Shown: positions 1 to 9,203 of the stretch, piece by piece
Numbering within the stretch: the stretch's first letter is position 1
How the letters are laid out: each line of letters starts with the position of its first letter
Virus record (IMG/VR): IMGVR_UViG_3300025864_000013
From: an uncultured virus (IMG/VR IMGVR_UViG_3300025864_000013)
Taxonomy: Duplodnaviria > Heunggongvirae > Uroviricota > Caudoviricetes
Reading direction: 5' to 3' (one strand)
DNA: 20,000 nucleotides
The notes under the pieces: generated by a model
Databases searched by the model: none
What the model saw: only the letters and a program-made list of their open reading frames with translations
What the model was told of the DNA's origin: nothing
Position numbers and translations under genes: made by a program

Positions 1-98
1 GCGGTAGCCTCCCAATAGTTTTTTGCTATTACTGAGGATAATAGGTTTTCAGAAGTAAATCTTCCGCTTGGGCTTCGTCTCCAAATATTGCTTGCCAT
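1..98 (-). CDS. 5' part of a CDS running off the window (MASNIWRRSPSGRFTSENLLSSVIAKNYWEAT...), probably structural module
   Basis: ATG at 98, 3 nt after the stop of 102..884, open to the window edge; translated by hand. Confidence 0.55.
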   Translation of the reverse strand, partial: MASNIWRRSPSGRFTSENLLSSVIAKNYWEAT

Positions 99-101
99 AA
101 T

Positions 102-884
102 CTATCCCATTGCGATTTGTACTGAACAATCAGGCAATCCTACAGCCGTTGCATCAGCATATAGTAACATAAATAATGCGGATGTTTCAAATATCTGAGG
201 GAATCCCGTTTTAAGTAAATCATGCGTATCGCCATCATTAGTACTTCTGATTCTTCCAAACCATAAAGGACGGAGAACCATAACATTAAACGTCCCAACG
301 GTTGCAATTGAGGCTATAACTGAGTTGATTTGTTGTACTCCATTATCCCCTGCTGCCAATGGCATTTGAAAACACCTGCCTATTGGTAATGCCCCTACAA
401 CTACAACTCCGGTATCTCCTGCAACCCCTCCCTGATCAAGATATGTTACCCTCAAACTTAATGAACCAGTAAAGGCAGTAACAGCCTCTACCCATAATTG
501 AAGTCCATTATAATTTGAATTTATTATCCTGCCTGCATAACTTGGTTGTGTTGCTAAAGTAACATTAGCATTAAAAGCATAAGCCCCCGCTGCAAATACT
601 TTATCATAAAGATCCAAGCAACACGCCACACTACTTCCAAACTCTACCTTTGATAAATATCCTAATTGGCCACTAAAAGAAGTCATTACAGGGTAACCTG
701 CCGTAGTTGCAACAGGGACTAATCCATTTGCGGTATTTCCTATTGCAAGTGCGCCCGCCCCAGGATTACCCGCAAGATCAAATGTTGTATAGGGTAATGC
801 AGCCACAACTGTACGAGTACCCGTTTTCATCCATGTAATGCGTTGCTTCGCACTACCGATATATTTATCTAATGTATCTATCAT
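102..884 (-). CDS. Putative virion structural / tail-associated beta-rich protein (260 aa)
   Basis: G/A/T/V-rich, low-charge composition typical of virion proteins; tightly packed with neighbouring structural-looking ORFs. Confidence 0.55.
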   Translation of the reverse strand: MIDTLDKYIGSAKQRITWMKTGTRTVVAALPYTTFDLAGNPGAGALAIGNTANGLVPVATTAGYPVMTSFSGQLGYLSKVEFGSSVACCLDLYDKVFAAGAYAFNANVTLATQPSYAGRIINSNYNGLQLWVEAVTAFTGSLSLRVTYLDQGGVAGDTGVVVVGALPIGRCFQMPLAAGDNGVQQINSVIASIATVGTFNVMVLRPLWFGRIRSTNDGDTHDLLKTGFPQIFETSALFMLLYADATAVGLPDCSVQIAMG

Positions 885-893
885 AGCTTCCTA

Positions 894-1268
894 TTAGGTT
901 GGATCTGCAAGTTCCCATTTGAACGCTGGCGTATTTGCTGAATTTCCCGCTGTCACTACCTGTGACGTAACAGTATCAACAAAAAGTAAAACGGATGCTG
1001 AACAGAAAGCAATAAATAAAGTCGTTCCGCTATTCGTCACTGTTACTCCTGCCTCTGCTGTCTTTGTGATCTTCCTGCCACTTACATCACCATTTACAGG
1101 GCCGGTGAACGAACCTGCTGTTAATCCTGTTTTAAGAATTAACATAAAGGTTGTTATTGCTTCTGCGTATGTCGTCGGCTGTGCGCTACATAAGCTCATT
1201 TGTGTCGCTCCGTTTTTTAGTGCGTTTAAATTAGGATCAATCAAACTGTCATCTAAAGTTTTTGCCAT
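894..1268 (-). CDS. Small phage structural/tail-associated protein (124 aa)
   Basis: T/A/G-rich; motifs CSAQPTTYAEA and GDVSGRKIT resemble small tail-associated phage proteins (pattern recognition only). Confidence 0.55.
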   Translation of the reverse strand: MAKTLDDSLIDPNLNALKNGATQMSLCSAQPTTYAEAITTFMLILKTGLTAGSFTGPVNGDVSGRKITKTAEAGVTVTNSGTTLFIAFCSASVLLFVDTVTSQVVTAGNSANTPAFKWELADPT

Positions 1269-1285
1269 TTTATTTTATTTAAAAT

Positions 1286-1465
1286 TTAACTTATATCAAT
1301 CCATAAAAGCCCCTCGGTTGGATCTGGCGGCTCTGTTGCGCTAATAACCAACCCCCGCTCGCCATTTGCGCCCTTCAATGATAATAACCATGCGGCCTCA
1401 TTGCCTATAAACCCATTATCAACTGCTATCTGATAAGCAGATTTGCCCGTTTTAGATAGTGGCAT
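1286..1465 (-). CDS. 59-aa tail-associated mini-protein missed by the ORF track (MPLSKTGKSAYQIAVDNGFIGNEAAWLLSLKGANGERGLVISATEPPDPTEGLLWIDIS)
   Basis: Fills the gap between 894..1268 and 1470..2006; carries the GKSAYxIAVxNGFxGxExxWLxSLKG motif seen beside collagen-like phage fibre segments and a C-terminal EP...GxLWID motif. Confidence 0.75.
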   Translation of the reverse strand: MPLSKTGKSAYQIAVDNGFIGNEAAWLLSLKGANGERGLVISATEPPDPTEGLLWIDIS

Positions 1466-1469
1466 AATA

Positions 1470-2006
1470 CTAAGTTATTTCTGTTACCATTGCGTTTCCA
1501 TCAACTTCGCTCCAAAAACCTTCTATTCTGCCTAAATAACACGGATAGGGCAGTTCTAGGTAGTCAGCAGCACTTATTTTAACCGTAAAACTATCAATAC
1601 TTGCGTCCTCTCCATATTTGACATAAAGATATTTTAATGAGTTATTAAAAATTGTTGCCATCTTTCTTTTTCCATTCATATCTAATAATAGAACCGAAGA
1701 AGCTGACGAACTTATCTTTGAGACGACACTCGTCGTGGGCTGTTGTACATTCCATGAAAGCAGCAAGTCTCTTAGCTCTTCTGCACTAGTTAGCCCAAGC
1801 GGTTCTGAAATATCCCGCCAGTCTAGTACGATATAGTTTGCTGTTATAGCTGCACTACGAAGGACAATATAAACCAACGAGACGGCATCGGCAGCTCCGG
1901 TATAAGATATTATACAGTCAAAGTCACCCTTGTTGACTGTATATTTAAGGTTGGATGATCTGTCAACCTCAATACTTGTGACATTATTTCGTAGAATTGT
2001 TGGCAA
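1470..2006 (-). CDS. Hypothetical phage protein, probably structural (178 aa)
   Basis: ORF track; beta-rich C-terminal half; operon context. Confidence 0.55.
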   Translation of the reverse strand: MPTILRNNVTSIEVDRSSNLKYTVNKGDFDCIISYTGAADAVSLVYIVLRSAAITANYIVLDWRDISEPLGLTSAEELRDLLLSWNVQQPTTSVVSKISSSASSVLLLDMNGKRKMATIFNNSLKYLYVKYGEDASIDSFTVKISAADYLELPYPCYLGRIEGFWSEVDGNAMVTEIT

Positions 2007-2008
2007 GG

Positions 2009-2479
2009 TTAAATCATTACTTTATTTATAAATAATCCTATTATCACTGTCACGAAAGCGGCCACCTCAATCCACCATGCCGTATTCTTATTTTTCCAAA
2101 GTATAAATCCGGTAGCGAGTAACATTGGCACAACCAAATACCACTGATGAAAATTAAGCCACAACATCAACATTCCGACTGCTATTCCAGCATCAGCACC
2201 AAAATTATGGATGAATTGAGTTAACTTATCTCCGCTACCAGTTCTTGCTGCACCGTCAAAGCAAAGTAAACTACCTGCAATCATTCCTAAAGCATTGTCA
2301 GTGATAAGAATAATAGGAATTGATATTCCCCACATGAATAGTGTGTAATAAGCCTCCTGTGATTGTTTAAATAGTAGATAGCTACTAGAAATAGAAGGCT
2401 GAACACCCCATCTCTTTACTACCATTAAAACGTACCAAAGAAATACCGCTATTGTGAAAATCAATCCTGCTATTATCAT
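2009..2479 (-). CDS. Multi-pass membrane protein (156 aa)
   Basis: About five hydrophobic stretches; start overlaps the stop of the giant gene by 4 nt. Confidence 0.7.
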   Translation of the reverse strand: MIIAGLIFTIAVFLWYVLMVVKRWGVQPSISSSYLLFKQSQEAYYTLFMWGISIPIILITDNALGMIAGSLLCFDGAARTGSGDKLTQFIHNFGADAGIAVGMLMLWLNFHQWYLVVPMLLATGFILWKNKNTAWWIEVAAFVTVIIGLFINKVMI

Positions 2480-5400
2480 AATTTTATTTTTTTACGAAAT
2501 ATTAGTATATCCGAAACAACATTTGTTCTTCCAAAGATTCCTTCCGGTAGCCTGTAAGCATCAATCAGTTTCCCTTTCTCTGCAATAGCCTGCTTACATT
2601 TACTATCACCTTGGTCAAGCCATAGCTTCCCTCCGGCTGCTACTTCCGCACCGACAATGTAAATAAGTAAACCGTCTTTTTTTAGTAAGTCAAGGCCCCG
2701 GAATATGAAGTAATCAATGTAATTCTTTGCATGAGAATAACGACCTTCACCCATACCCATCTCTCTTCCGCTAACTTCCATGTAAGGAGGGTTGCCTATA
2801 ACCAGGTCGTGAGTAGGCTTCGGTATTTTTGCGCCTATGGTGTAGTTGTTCTTTGTGAATACCATTTCAAACTTCATTGAGTCGGCTCCGTCATTGACAA
2901 TAACATCAGGGTAGAGAATCTTCGTTATCCTTGCGGAATATTTATTTAGTTCATACGCTGTTTTGCGCTGTACGGACGACAATACATAACGAGGGTCAAA
3001 AAAGATACCTACTCCAACAGATGGCTCACAAACCGATTCAATAGCAAATTTACGGTGCTTATCAGCGAGTCCCCACATCTTTGCTACAATAGCATCAGGA
3101 GTGTAAAACTCATACATGCTTTTCAGTAATTCTTCATTGCCTGTAACTTCTTTTAAACCACCATAACCGGAATAAGCCCTGATAAAATCGTGTTTATCAT
3201 CAAAGAATGAAGTATCGTACCAATGTTCATCCAGAGCTTTCTCAATATCTTTGTTTAGCTCATATTCTGACGTGTAGTCGGAGAGGGTGTAAGAAATTGA
3301 TTTACCTTCTTCTTTTATGAGAGTTTGAACATAATCTTCTAGCCCGGTGTCGGCTAGTTGTTTTTCCGTAAGATCAGGGAATATGTCTTTTACTTCGGGT
3401 TTGCTAATTCTTGCCGGATGAATTATTTTACGTAATGCTTTCTTTATACTCTCGTCACGTCCAGAAAGAAATTCGCCGCCTTCCTTTAAATCATTATATG
3501 CCTCTGTAATCACATTCTTAATTTCATCTTTTATGGTTTGTTTATCCGGCATTTCTTTGAAGAAATTACCCGCATCGTAATTGCCATTTTCCCCAAGACT
3601 TTCAGGATAACCTATTGTCATTTCATAACGCCATCCATCAACATACATCGGATCTGTTTTTGTTATGACCTCGATTTTATAAGAAGCATCAAGTTCTGAC
3701 ACTTGCTGCCATTCGTTAAAAGTTATTTTTGGCTCACTCCACGCATCTTCCGGTATAGCTGCAACTTCTTCTTCCGTCTGTGTCGGGTATGTCATTTCTT
3801 CGGAGACAATGGCGACTTCCGGATCTGTAATATTATTACCCTCTCTTTTTTCCCATAATGGAGTGCCTGTTTCTTTAATATATGCGCCTTGATTCTCTAT
3901 TAACTTCTCTACCCTTAATTGTCGCTCTTGTTCTAAGTTCGGTTCATCATTCCGTACTTCTTTTTCTGCATCAAATAAAATACCTTTTAATTCTTTTGCT
4001 TTTTCTGCTAAATACAACCATCCTTCGCTTCGTTTCATTTCCACGGCGTATGCGGGAAGTGTCTTTATGTATTCACCTCCTGTGTTAATCCATTGTGCTA
4101 TTTCTGCGGTTATAGCTAAAGATTTATCTTCCCATTCAGCAATTTGCCTATCTATGGCTTTTTTGAGTTTTTCAGCAGTATTATAATTTGGGTTTTCTTC
4201 TACAATAGCCAAGTCCCTGTCAAAATATTCATTATGAACATCAAAGTTATGATTTATAAAGCTTACTATCGCTCTATCAATACCGTATGGTGAATGGTTT
4301 TTTAATACATGAACAACCGTTGGGTTATTTTTTTCTTCCTGCTCATTCCGTACTTCTTTTTCCATAGCGTTTGCCAATTCGTGTGCATCATCGTAAGATA
4401 ATCCTTCGTCCCGCATCTTACCTATTTCAAATAGTTCATGTTTGATTGTGGCCTCCATATCAGCGGGTTTATCCTTTTGGTTGTCGTCAATCCAGACTTC
4501 ATCCTTATTCGGAATCCAGTCGTAAACAAAGCCGTGGCCGCCTGAAACAAATTCAATATGATCCTTTCGGACTTGCTCTCCGTCAACCAAATAAAGTCTC
4601 ATCCCTTCCTGTTCACGTAAAAAGACTTTATGGTAATCGGGTTCCGGCTTAAATTCATACTTCGGAATACCACCTATAATAATATGATCTTTGATAAAAT
4701 CTTTTTTAGGCTGTAATTCCGGATATTCGCTTCTTATATTCTCTGGAACTGGATTGCCTTGTGCGATTGCTTCTTTAATAATATCCAGATGATTGCCATA
4801 TTGTTTTTCAAGTTGTTCGCGAGTAACTGGATGTTGATTCTTCATATGATACTCCATTTGCTCATCAATGAATTGATCCAATGGCTTACCTACTGTCTTT
4901 TCAGTAGCGTCACGGTATTCTTTTGCTGTCATTTGCCACGGCTCTTTCATTTTACCGTAATCCGGCTGAATAACATCGAGTGGCACTTTTGTATCACTTT
5001 CTTTGCTTACCATATCACTTCCCTCAATCAGTTTTTTATCCGTTTCACTTACTCCTCCAATAATCCAATGATTGAATATTTTATCTAAAGAAGGCTTTTC
5101 TCCAAATAGACTTGCGCCCTGGTTCTGCATGATGGCAGAGTTATAGCCTTCAATAGCCTGTTTAAACTTTATCTTCCCGGAATCAATAAGCCTATTGAGG
5201 TAAACAGTTTTGCGATCGTATTTATCACCAAACATTGTACGTTGACGTATAAAGTCTGCAAAGGTCGAGCCTTTTATATTATATTGAAGGATAACAGCAT
5301 CATTGAATTTCTGTTTTAAAGATCCCTCTGGCAAACTTGCATTTTTCATAAGCACTGGTAATGCTGTGAGTAGCTTTTGCCTTATTGCTTTCACTCCTGG

Positions 5401-7839
5401 CAGTTCGGTTGCCAACAATGCTTCACGGTCGAGTATCAATGCAGCAAGTAAACTTTCAATAAATTCCTTTCCAGCCTCTGTGAATGTTGTTTCACTGAAA
5501 AATGCGGGTAGTTCCTGTTCGGTTAATAAGTTGCACTCAATTAAAGTCTTTGAGAGTTGTTTTTGGGCTTGTATGTTAGCGTAAAATTCCGTGAATGTCT
5601 CATATTCCCCAACAATGCCTGCAATAATCTCAGCGCATCTGCTGTTATCCCTGAGTATATTGGAAAGTTTTATTGCTTTATCAATTGGCCGTTCTGACTT
5701 CTTTGTGTCCTTATTATACTTTGCGAGTTCCTGAGTAGTATATTCTGGGAAGTCAAGATCAATACGGACGAGAACTGGCTGAGTAAAATGAACTGTTACA
5801 TCATTCTTATCTGTTGCAACCAACTTATCGTCAGAAACAAAGCTGTGAGCAAAACCAAAGCTCTCTGCTTCTTCACCTAAAAACTTCACATATTCCTTAT
5901 AATTTTCAGGATAATTCTTCGCAGCGAGTTTCAATGACATAGTGCGGTTGTTGCCAGACACCACGAAACCGTCTTTTGTCACTATCGGGGTTCCTGATGG
6001 AGTACGGCTTGTTGTTATCAATCTTTCGGGCTCCAATTCCCTTGCATAGTCCATTACTGCCTTTTGTGCTGAAAGATCGCCTGAGTAGTTCCGGTCATTG
6101 ATATTATTACCGCTTGCGTTCTTTGGATATGATGACTCGCTATGAAAATTCTCTTCATTGTGACTTGCAATGATATTATTCAGATCAACAATCGCGAATA
6201 ATGCATTTCTCTTTTCACCATTCGGCATTGATAACTGGATCTCACGGCCTTTTAATAAGTTCTTGGTCATGAAGTCGGGACGCATGGAGCCAGGTTTGTT
6301 TTTACCTGATGGCGCAAACTGATTACCAAGTACTCTATTGTATTCGGTATTATTCCTATTTCGAAAATCAATAATAGTGCCGATTAAGTCCTTTAATTTA
6401 ATTAATTCACTGGTATTACCACCAGTGGAAATTATATCAGTTGCGCCCTCTTCTAACTGATTAATTAGGTTATCAAGTTCTTCGGTTGTTTTATCTTCCA
6501 AATCTCTTTTAGAAAGGCTTAATATTTGCTGAAATTCATCGGTTTTCTCCTGCCAAACTTCCTGCACGGCTTGGTCTGAAACTGTTTCGTCATCGTCAGA
6601 TAATACTGTCTCCAAATGCGCAATCCTTTCATCAATAGTTTTCCATTCTCCCCTCCATGACTTTTCAGGAGTAGGCTTACTGTTTAATCTGGAATATGAC
6701 TGAATAAGTTTTGAATCTGACAACACGCTATCAAAATCAGTTACGCTTACTGATGGGTGCATTCCGGCCATTTTATCATAATCACCTATGATTATAAGAT
6801 ATTCATCTCCAATACCTGCACTAAATATCTTACATGAATTAACGTATGGTTTTAATTCTTTTAGAAACTCCAAATACTGAGGTATTGTTTTTGTTTTTAG
6901 CTTGTAGTACATTGTCGTTTCCTTCATTGTACTTGGTTTTTCTTCTTTTACTGGCTCGGTTTTTAATTCAGGGTAATCAATCAAAACTTTTTCAGGAATA
7001 GATTTACCCTCTTTAATGGCATTTTCAAGAATAGCCTTATACTCCCAATCCATGTTCCGGTTCTTTATAAAAGCGACCATTGCTATTTTTTCATTTTTCA
7101 GCATGGTTAATGCTAGTTTTTTTGTGGCCCAGCTGGTAGTAGGATTCCCATCAGGCCTATTTGCGTACCACTTGCGACTAGTGGGGCTTTTCATTACCTC
7201 TTTTTCAGGACTCCAGGCTTCATATTTCTTTATCCAATAATCACGATATTGTTGTTTTGTCCATTTCCAAAACACTGGTTTCTCAGGAATATTATTATCT
7301 GGCTGTTCTCTTGATGGGATAATAGACTTACCCTCTGATCTGGCCCTATCCATTAATTCAGCAATCTTCCTTTTAGCATACAGAAAACTATTCTCATCGG
7401 TAATTTTAACCTTGCTTAGATTAATGTTAATTCCGTATTCAGCATCTTCAATATTTTTCTTTATACCAGTACCAAAATTATCTTCACTTATTTCTTTTTC
7501 GTATGCTTCTCGGAGAAGATATATTTTGTATTTTTCATGAATGGCCTCGTTATTTTTCCAGCCATATACCTCTCTGCCTTCTTTCAGATATTCATTGAAT
7601 GATTTTATTGGTTGATTCTCAATAGACATAGTGGGAACTTCGGACAATGATAATGGCACATTAAAGTATTCATGTACGGCAGTCCAGTCCTTTTGGCTAA
7701 ATTGCTTCCAGTAAAGATTATTGTACTTACTCCAACGGAAATGATTAACCGCTAACCATGTTTTATCTTGCTGAGAGAGCTGATCCTCAAAAGTAATTTC
7801 TATGCCAGCTTTTTTCAGATTCCGTACAATGATTGCCAT
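2476..7839 (-). CDS. Large polyvalent protein (DarB/DdrB-like): ParB-like domain, HExxE metalloprotein-like module, C-terminal N6-adenine DNA methyltransferase (1787 aa)
   Basis: MTase motifs YSGYGGL, EFYTP, EPSVGVG and GNPPY (NPPY at 2782-2793); ParB-like segment AIVDLNNIIASH...GTPIVTKDGFVVSGNNRTM (~5940-6200) resembling ddrB-type ParB; HELFE...AHELA at ~4370-4440. Confidence 0.8.
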   Translation of the reverse strand: MAIIVRNLKKAGIEITFEDQLSQQDKTWLAVNHFRWSKYNNLYWKQFSQKDWTAVHEYFNVPLSLSEVPTMSIENQPIKSFNEYLKEGREVYGWKNNEAIHEKYKIYLLREAYEKEISEDNFGTGIKKNIEDAEYGININLSKVKITDENSFLYAKRKIAELMDRARSEGKSIIPSREQPDNNIPEKPVFWKWTKQQYRDYWIKKYEAWSPEKEVMKSPTSRKWYANRPDGNPTTSWATKKLALTMLKNEKIAMVAFIKNRNMDWEYKAILENAIKEGKSIPEKVLIDYPELKTEPVKEEKPSTMKETTMYYKLKTKTIPQYLEFLKELKPYVNSCKIFSAGIGDEYLIIIGDYDKMAGMHPSVSVTDFDSVLSDSKLIQSYSRLNSKPTPEKSWRGEWKTIDERIAHLETVLSDDDETVSDQAVQEVWQEKTDEFQQILSLSKRDLEDKTTEELDNLINQLEEGATDIISTGGNTSELIKLKDLIGTIIDFRNRNNTEYNRVLGNQFAPSGKNKPGSMRPDFMTKNLLKGREIQLSMPNGEKRNALFAIVDLNNIIASHNEENFHSESSYPKNASGNNINDRNYSGDLSAQKAVMDYARELEPERLITTSRTPSGTPIVTKDGFVVSGNNRTMSLKLAAKNYPENYKEYVKFLGEEAESFGFAHSFVSDDKLVATDKNDVTVHFTQPVLVRIDLDFPEYTTQELAKYNKDTKKSERPIDKAIKLSNILRDNSRCAEIIAGIVGEYETFTEFYANIQAQKQLSKTLIECNLLTEQELPAFFSETTFTEAGKEFIESLLAALILDREALLATELPGVKAIRQKLLTALPVLMKNASLPEGSLKQKFNDAVILQYNIKGSTFADFIRQRTMFGDKYDRKTVYLNRLIDSGKIKFKQAIEGYNSAIMQNQGASLFGEKPSLDKIFNHWIIGGVSETDKKLIEGSDMVSKESDTKVPLDVIQPDYGKMKEPWQMTAKEYRDATEKTVGKPLDQFIDEQMEYHMKNQHPVTREQLEKQYGNHLDIIKEAIAQGNPVPENIRSEYPELQPKKDFIKDHIIIGGIPKYEFKPEPDYHKVFLREQEGMRLYLVDGEQVRKDHIEFVSGGHGFVYDWIPNKDEVWIDDNQKDKPADMEATIKHELFEIGKMRDEGLSYDDAHELANAMEKEVRNEQEEKNNPTVVHVLKNHSPYGIDRAIVSFINHNFDVHNEYFDRDLAIVEENPNYNTAEKLKKAIDRQIAEWEDKSLAITAEIAQWINTGGEYIKTLPAYAVEMKRSEGWLYLAEKAKELKGILFDAEKEVRNDEPNLEQERQLRVEKLIENQGAYIKETGTPLWEKREGNNITDPEVAIVSEEMTYPTQTEEEVAAIPEDAWSEPKITFNEWQQVSELDASYKIEVITKTDPMYVDGWRYEMTIGYPESLGENGNYDAGNFFKEMPDKQTIKDEIKNVITEAYNDLKEGGEFLSGRDESIKKALRKIIHPARISKPEVKDIFPDLTEKQLADTGLEDYVQTLIKEEGKSISYTLSDYTSEYELNKDIEKALDEHWYDTSFFDDKHDFIRAYSGYGGLKEVTGNEELLKSMYEFYTPDAIVAKMWGLADKHRKFAIESVCEPSVGVGIFFDPRYVLSSVQRKTAYELNKYSARITKILYPDVIVNDGADSMKFEMVFTKNNYTIGAKIPKPTHDLVIGNPPYMEVSGREMGMGEGRYSHAKNYIDYFIFRGLDLLKKDGLLIYIVGAEVAAGGKLWLDQGDSKCKQAIAEKGKLIDAYRLPEGIFGRTNVVSDILIFRKKIKL
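3947..4362. repeat. Exact 20-bp direct repeat TCATTCCGTACTTCTTTTTC at 3947-3966 and 4343-4362
   Basis: Read directly; 396-nt (132-codon) spacing, both copies encode EKEVRN in frame. Confidence 0.9.
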
Positions 7840-7942
7840 ATTATATATATATTATAACGGTTAAGTCACGAAATTACACTTACTTTTCAATCTGCTAGCG
7901 TATATTCTCCGTTTATTTATTGCGTAATGCAAACAATCGTTA

Positions 7943-7959
7943 TTTAGAATCATTCTAAA
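7943..7959. promoter_or_regulatory. Perfect palindrome TTTAGAAT-C-ATTCTAAA, candidate operator upstream of the polyvalent gene
   Basis: 8-1-8 inverted repeat; TTTAGAAT half-sites recur in intergenic DNA at ~15851 and ~19652. Confidence 0.4.
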
Positions 7960-7968
7960 AACATGCTT

Positions 7969-7996
7969 CATCCTAGCGGTTTTTCGCTAGGATGCG
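7969..7996. repeat. Intergenic palindrome copy 1: CATCCTAGCG-GTTTTT-CGCTAGGATG
   Basis: 10-bp arms, 6-nt spacer; same arms as copies at 9166 and 9734. Confidence 0.9.
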
Positions 7997-8015
7997 GTCA
8001 TTCTTTATCTTTATT

Positions 8016-8363
8016 TTACTTTTCGGTATATTTAAACGAGCTTGTGCCTTTCGACATAGAGACGACCTTTATGCCCGATTCAAGGCAAAGGGAAATCTCA
8101 AAACCCATTCCAGGACTGATTCTATCTCCATAAAGCCATAGCTCGTTAATAAATCCAGCTTTGAATAATGCAATATCGTTCTTAATACCTCGCTGCCTTT
8201 CGCTCTTAATAGAATCTTCCATGGCGAGACAATCCACTATATATGGCGCAAATGGTACTACGTCTAACTCAGTTAAATTAATATGCCGAACAATGGCTAG
8301 TATCTTGTTAATGTTTCCTTTTACATCACCGCCAATGGGATGAGCTATATACACAATCTTCAT
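8016..8363 (-). CDS. DUF4406 / nucleoside 2-deoxyribosyltransferase-like Rossmannoid phage protein (115 aa)
   Basis: KIVYIAHPIGGD...N, PFAP and ELWLYGDRISPGMGFEI pattern. Confidence 0.65.
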   Translation of the reverse strand: MKIVYIAHPIGGDVKGNINKILAIVRHINLTELDVVPFAPYIVDCLAMEDSIKSERQRGIKNDIALFKAGFINELWLYGDRISPGMGFEISLCLESGIKVVSMSKGTSSFKYTEK

Positions 8364-8524
8364 ATTTGAAATTATTATACTGTTTGCAGAACTTTAAAAA
8401 CTTATTAAAAATCTAATAATTGTTGTAGGTATTATATTTTTGTGATCTACTCCGGTCATCAGTATCGGAACAGTCCGGGCGATAAACAAGGTTAGAGGTT
8501 TCCTGTTTGCCCGGACTTCCTTTT

Positions 8525-8932
8525 TTAAAAATAATCTCTTCTCCCTCTTCTGTGCCCTTGATTTTTTGCCTGCATAAATTCCTTACTAGTAACATGCCGT
8601 TTTATTGCGCTTACAGCCTTACCTTTTATAGCACGGCCTATTCGCCTCTGTCTTCTTTCTGTCGTAGAAGGAGCATCGTTATCATAAAGTTTATGATTTA
8701 ACATTTCATGAAAATCACGCTGGACTCCGGGTTTTTTTATTCTAAATTCATTATCAATGTGCAATTCATCTAATATATCATCTGTAAAAGAAATATTAGA
8801 CGAATTAAAATAAACCCATCTCAAATAGCCCACCCTATGCCTGGTTATCAACATCTGTATTGGCAAATCTCCCTCGTAACCAAATCCCAATACGCTTTTC
8901 CTTGTCAATGTTCTTAGCATTATAATATCCAT
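8525..8932 (-). CDS. Hypothetical protein with basic C-terminus (135 aa)
   Basis: ORF track; start 1 nt after the stop of 8934..9137. Confidence 0.6.
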   Translation of the reverse strand: MDIIMLRTLTRKSVLGFGYEGDLPIQMLITRHRVGYLRWVYFNSSNISFTDDILDELHIDNEFRIKKPGVQRDFHEMLNHKLYDNDAPSTTERRQRRIGRAIKGKAVSAIKRHVTSKEFMQAKNQGHRRGRRDYF

Positions 8933-8933
8933 A

Positions 8934-9137
8934 CTAATCGTCTGATTTGGTTATTTCTGTTACCATCCCGTCGAGTTCGTCTGCCATCCAAACTTCGGCG
9001 ACATTATAAGACCCATCTGTTATTATCGCCATTAACTCCCTATCTTCCGCAATCTCTATGGCCTCCACAAGAGTATTGGCGGCGACTTCAGTATAGACAC
9101 TTATCGTTACATGGCCCGTTAGTTTAAAAGTACTCAT
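8934..9137 (-). CDS. Small acidic hypothetical protein (67 aa)
   Basis: ORF track; VAANTLVEAIEIAE resembles the VxAxxxxEA motif common in small phage proteins; A-rich upstream region. Confidence 0.6.
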   Translation of the reverse strand: MSTFKLTGHVTISVYTEVAANTLVEAIEIAEDRELMAIITDGSYNVAEVWMADELDGMVTEITKSDD

Positions 9138-9165
9138 TTTTATAATTTTAAATTGGTTATAATTA

Positions 9166-9197
9166 TCGCATCCTAGCGCATTATCGCTAGGATGCGA
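9166..9197. repeat. Intergenic palindrome copy 2: TCGCATCCTAGCG-CATTAT-CGCTAGGATGCGA
   Basis: Perfect 13-bp arms, 6-nt spacer. Confidence 0.9.
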
Positions 9198-9203
9198 ATG
9201 TTT

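Noticed and set aside
102..2006. Additional VR copies in the structural genes
   Set aside because: No TR-like sequence seen there by eye; remote targets outside the window remain possible and need a BLASTn-short search with the TR
8413..8595. 60-aa minus-strand ORF
   Set aside because: Overlaps 8525..8932 out of frame and runs through a hairpin; likely spurious
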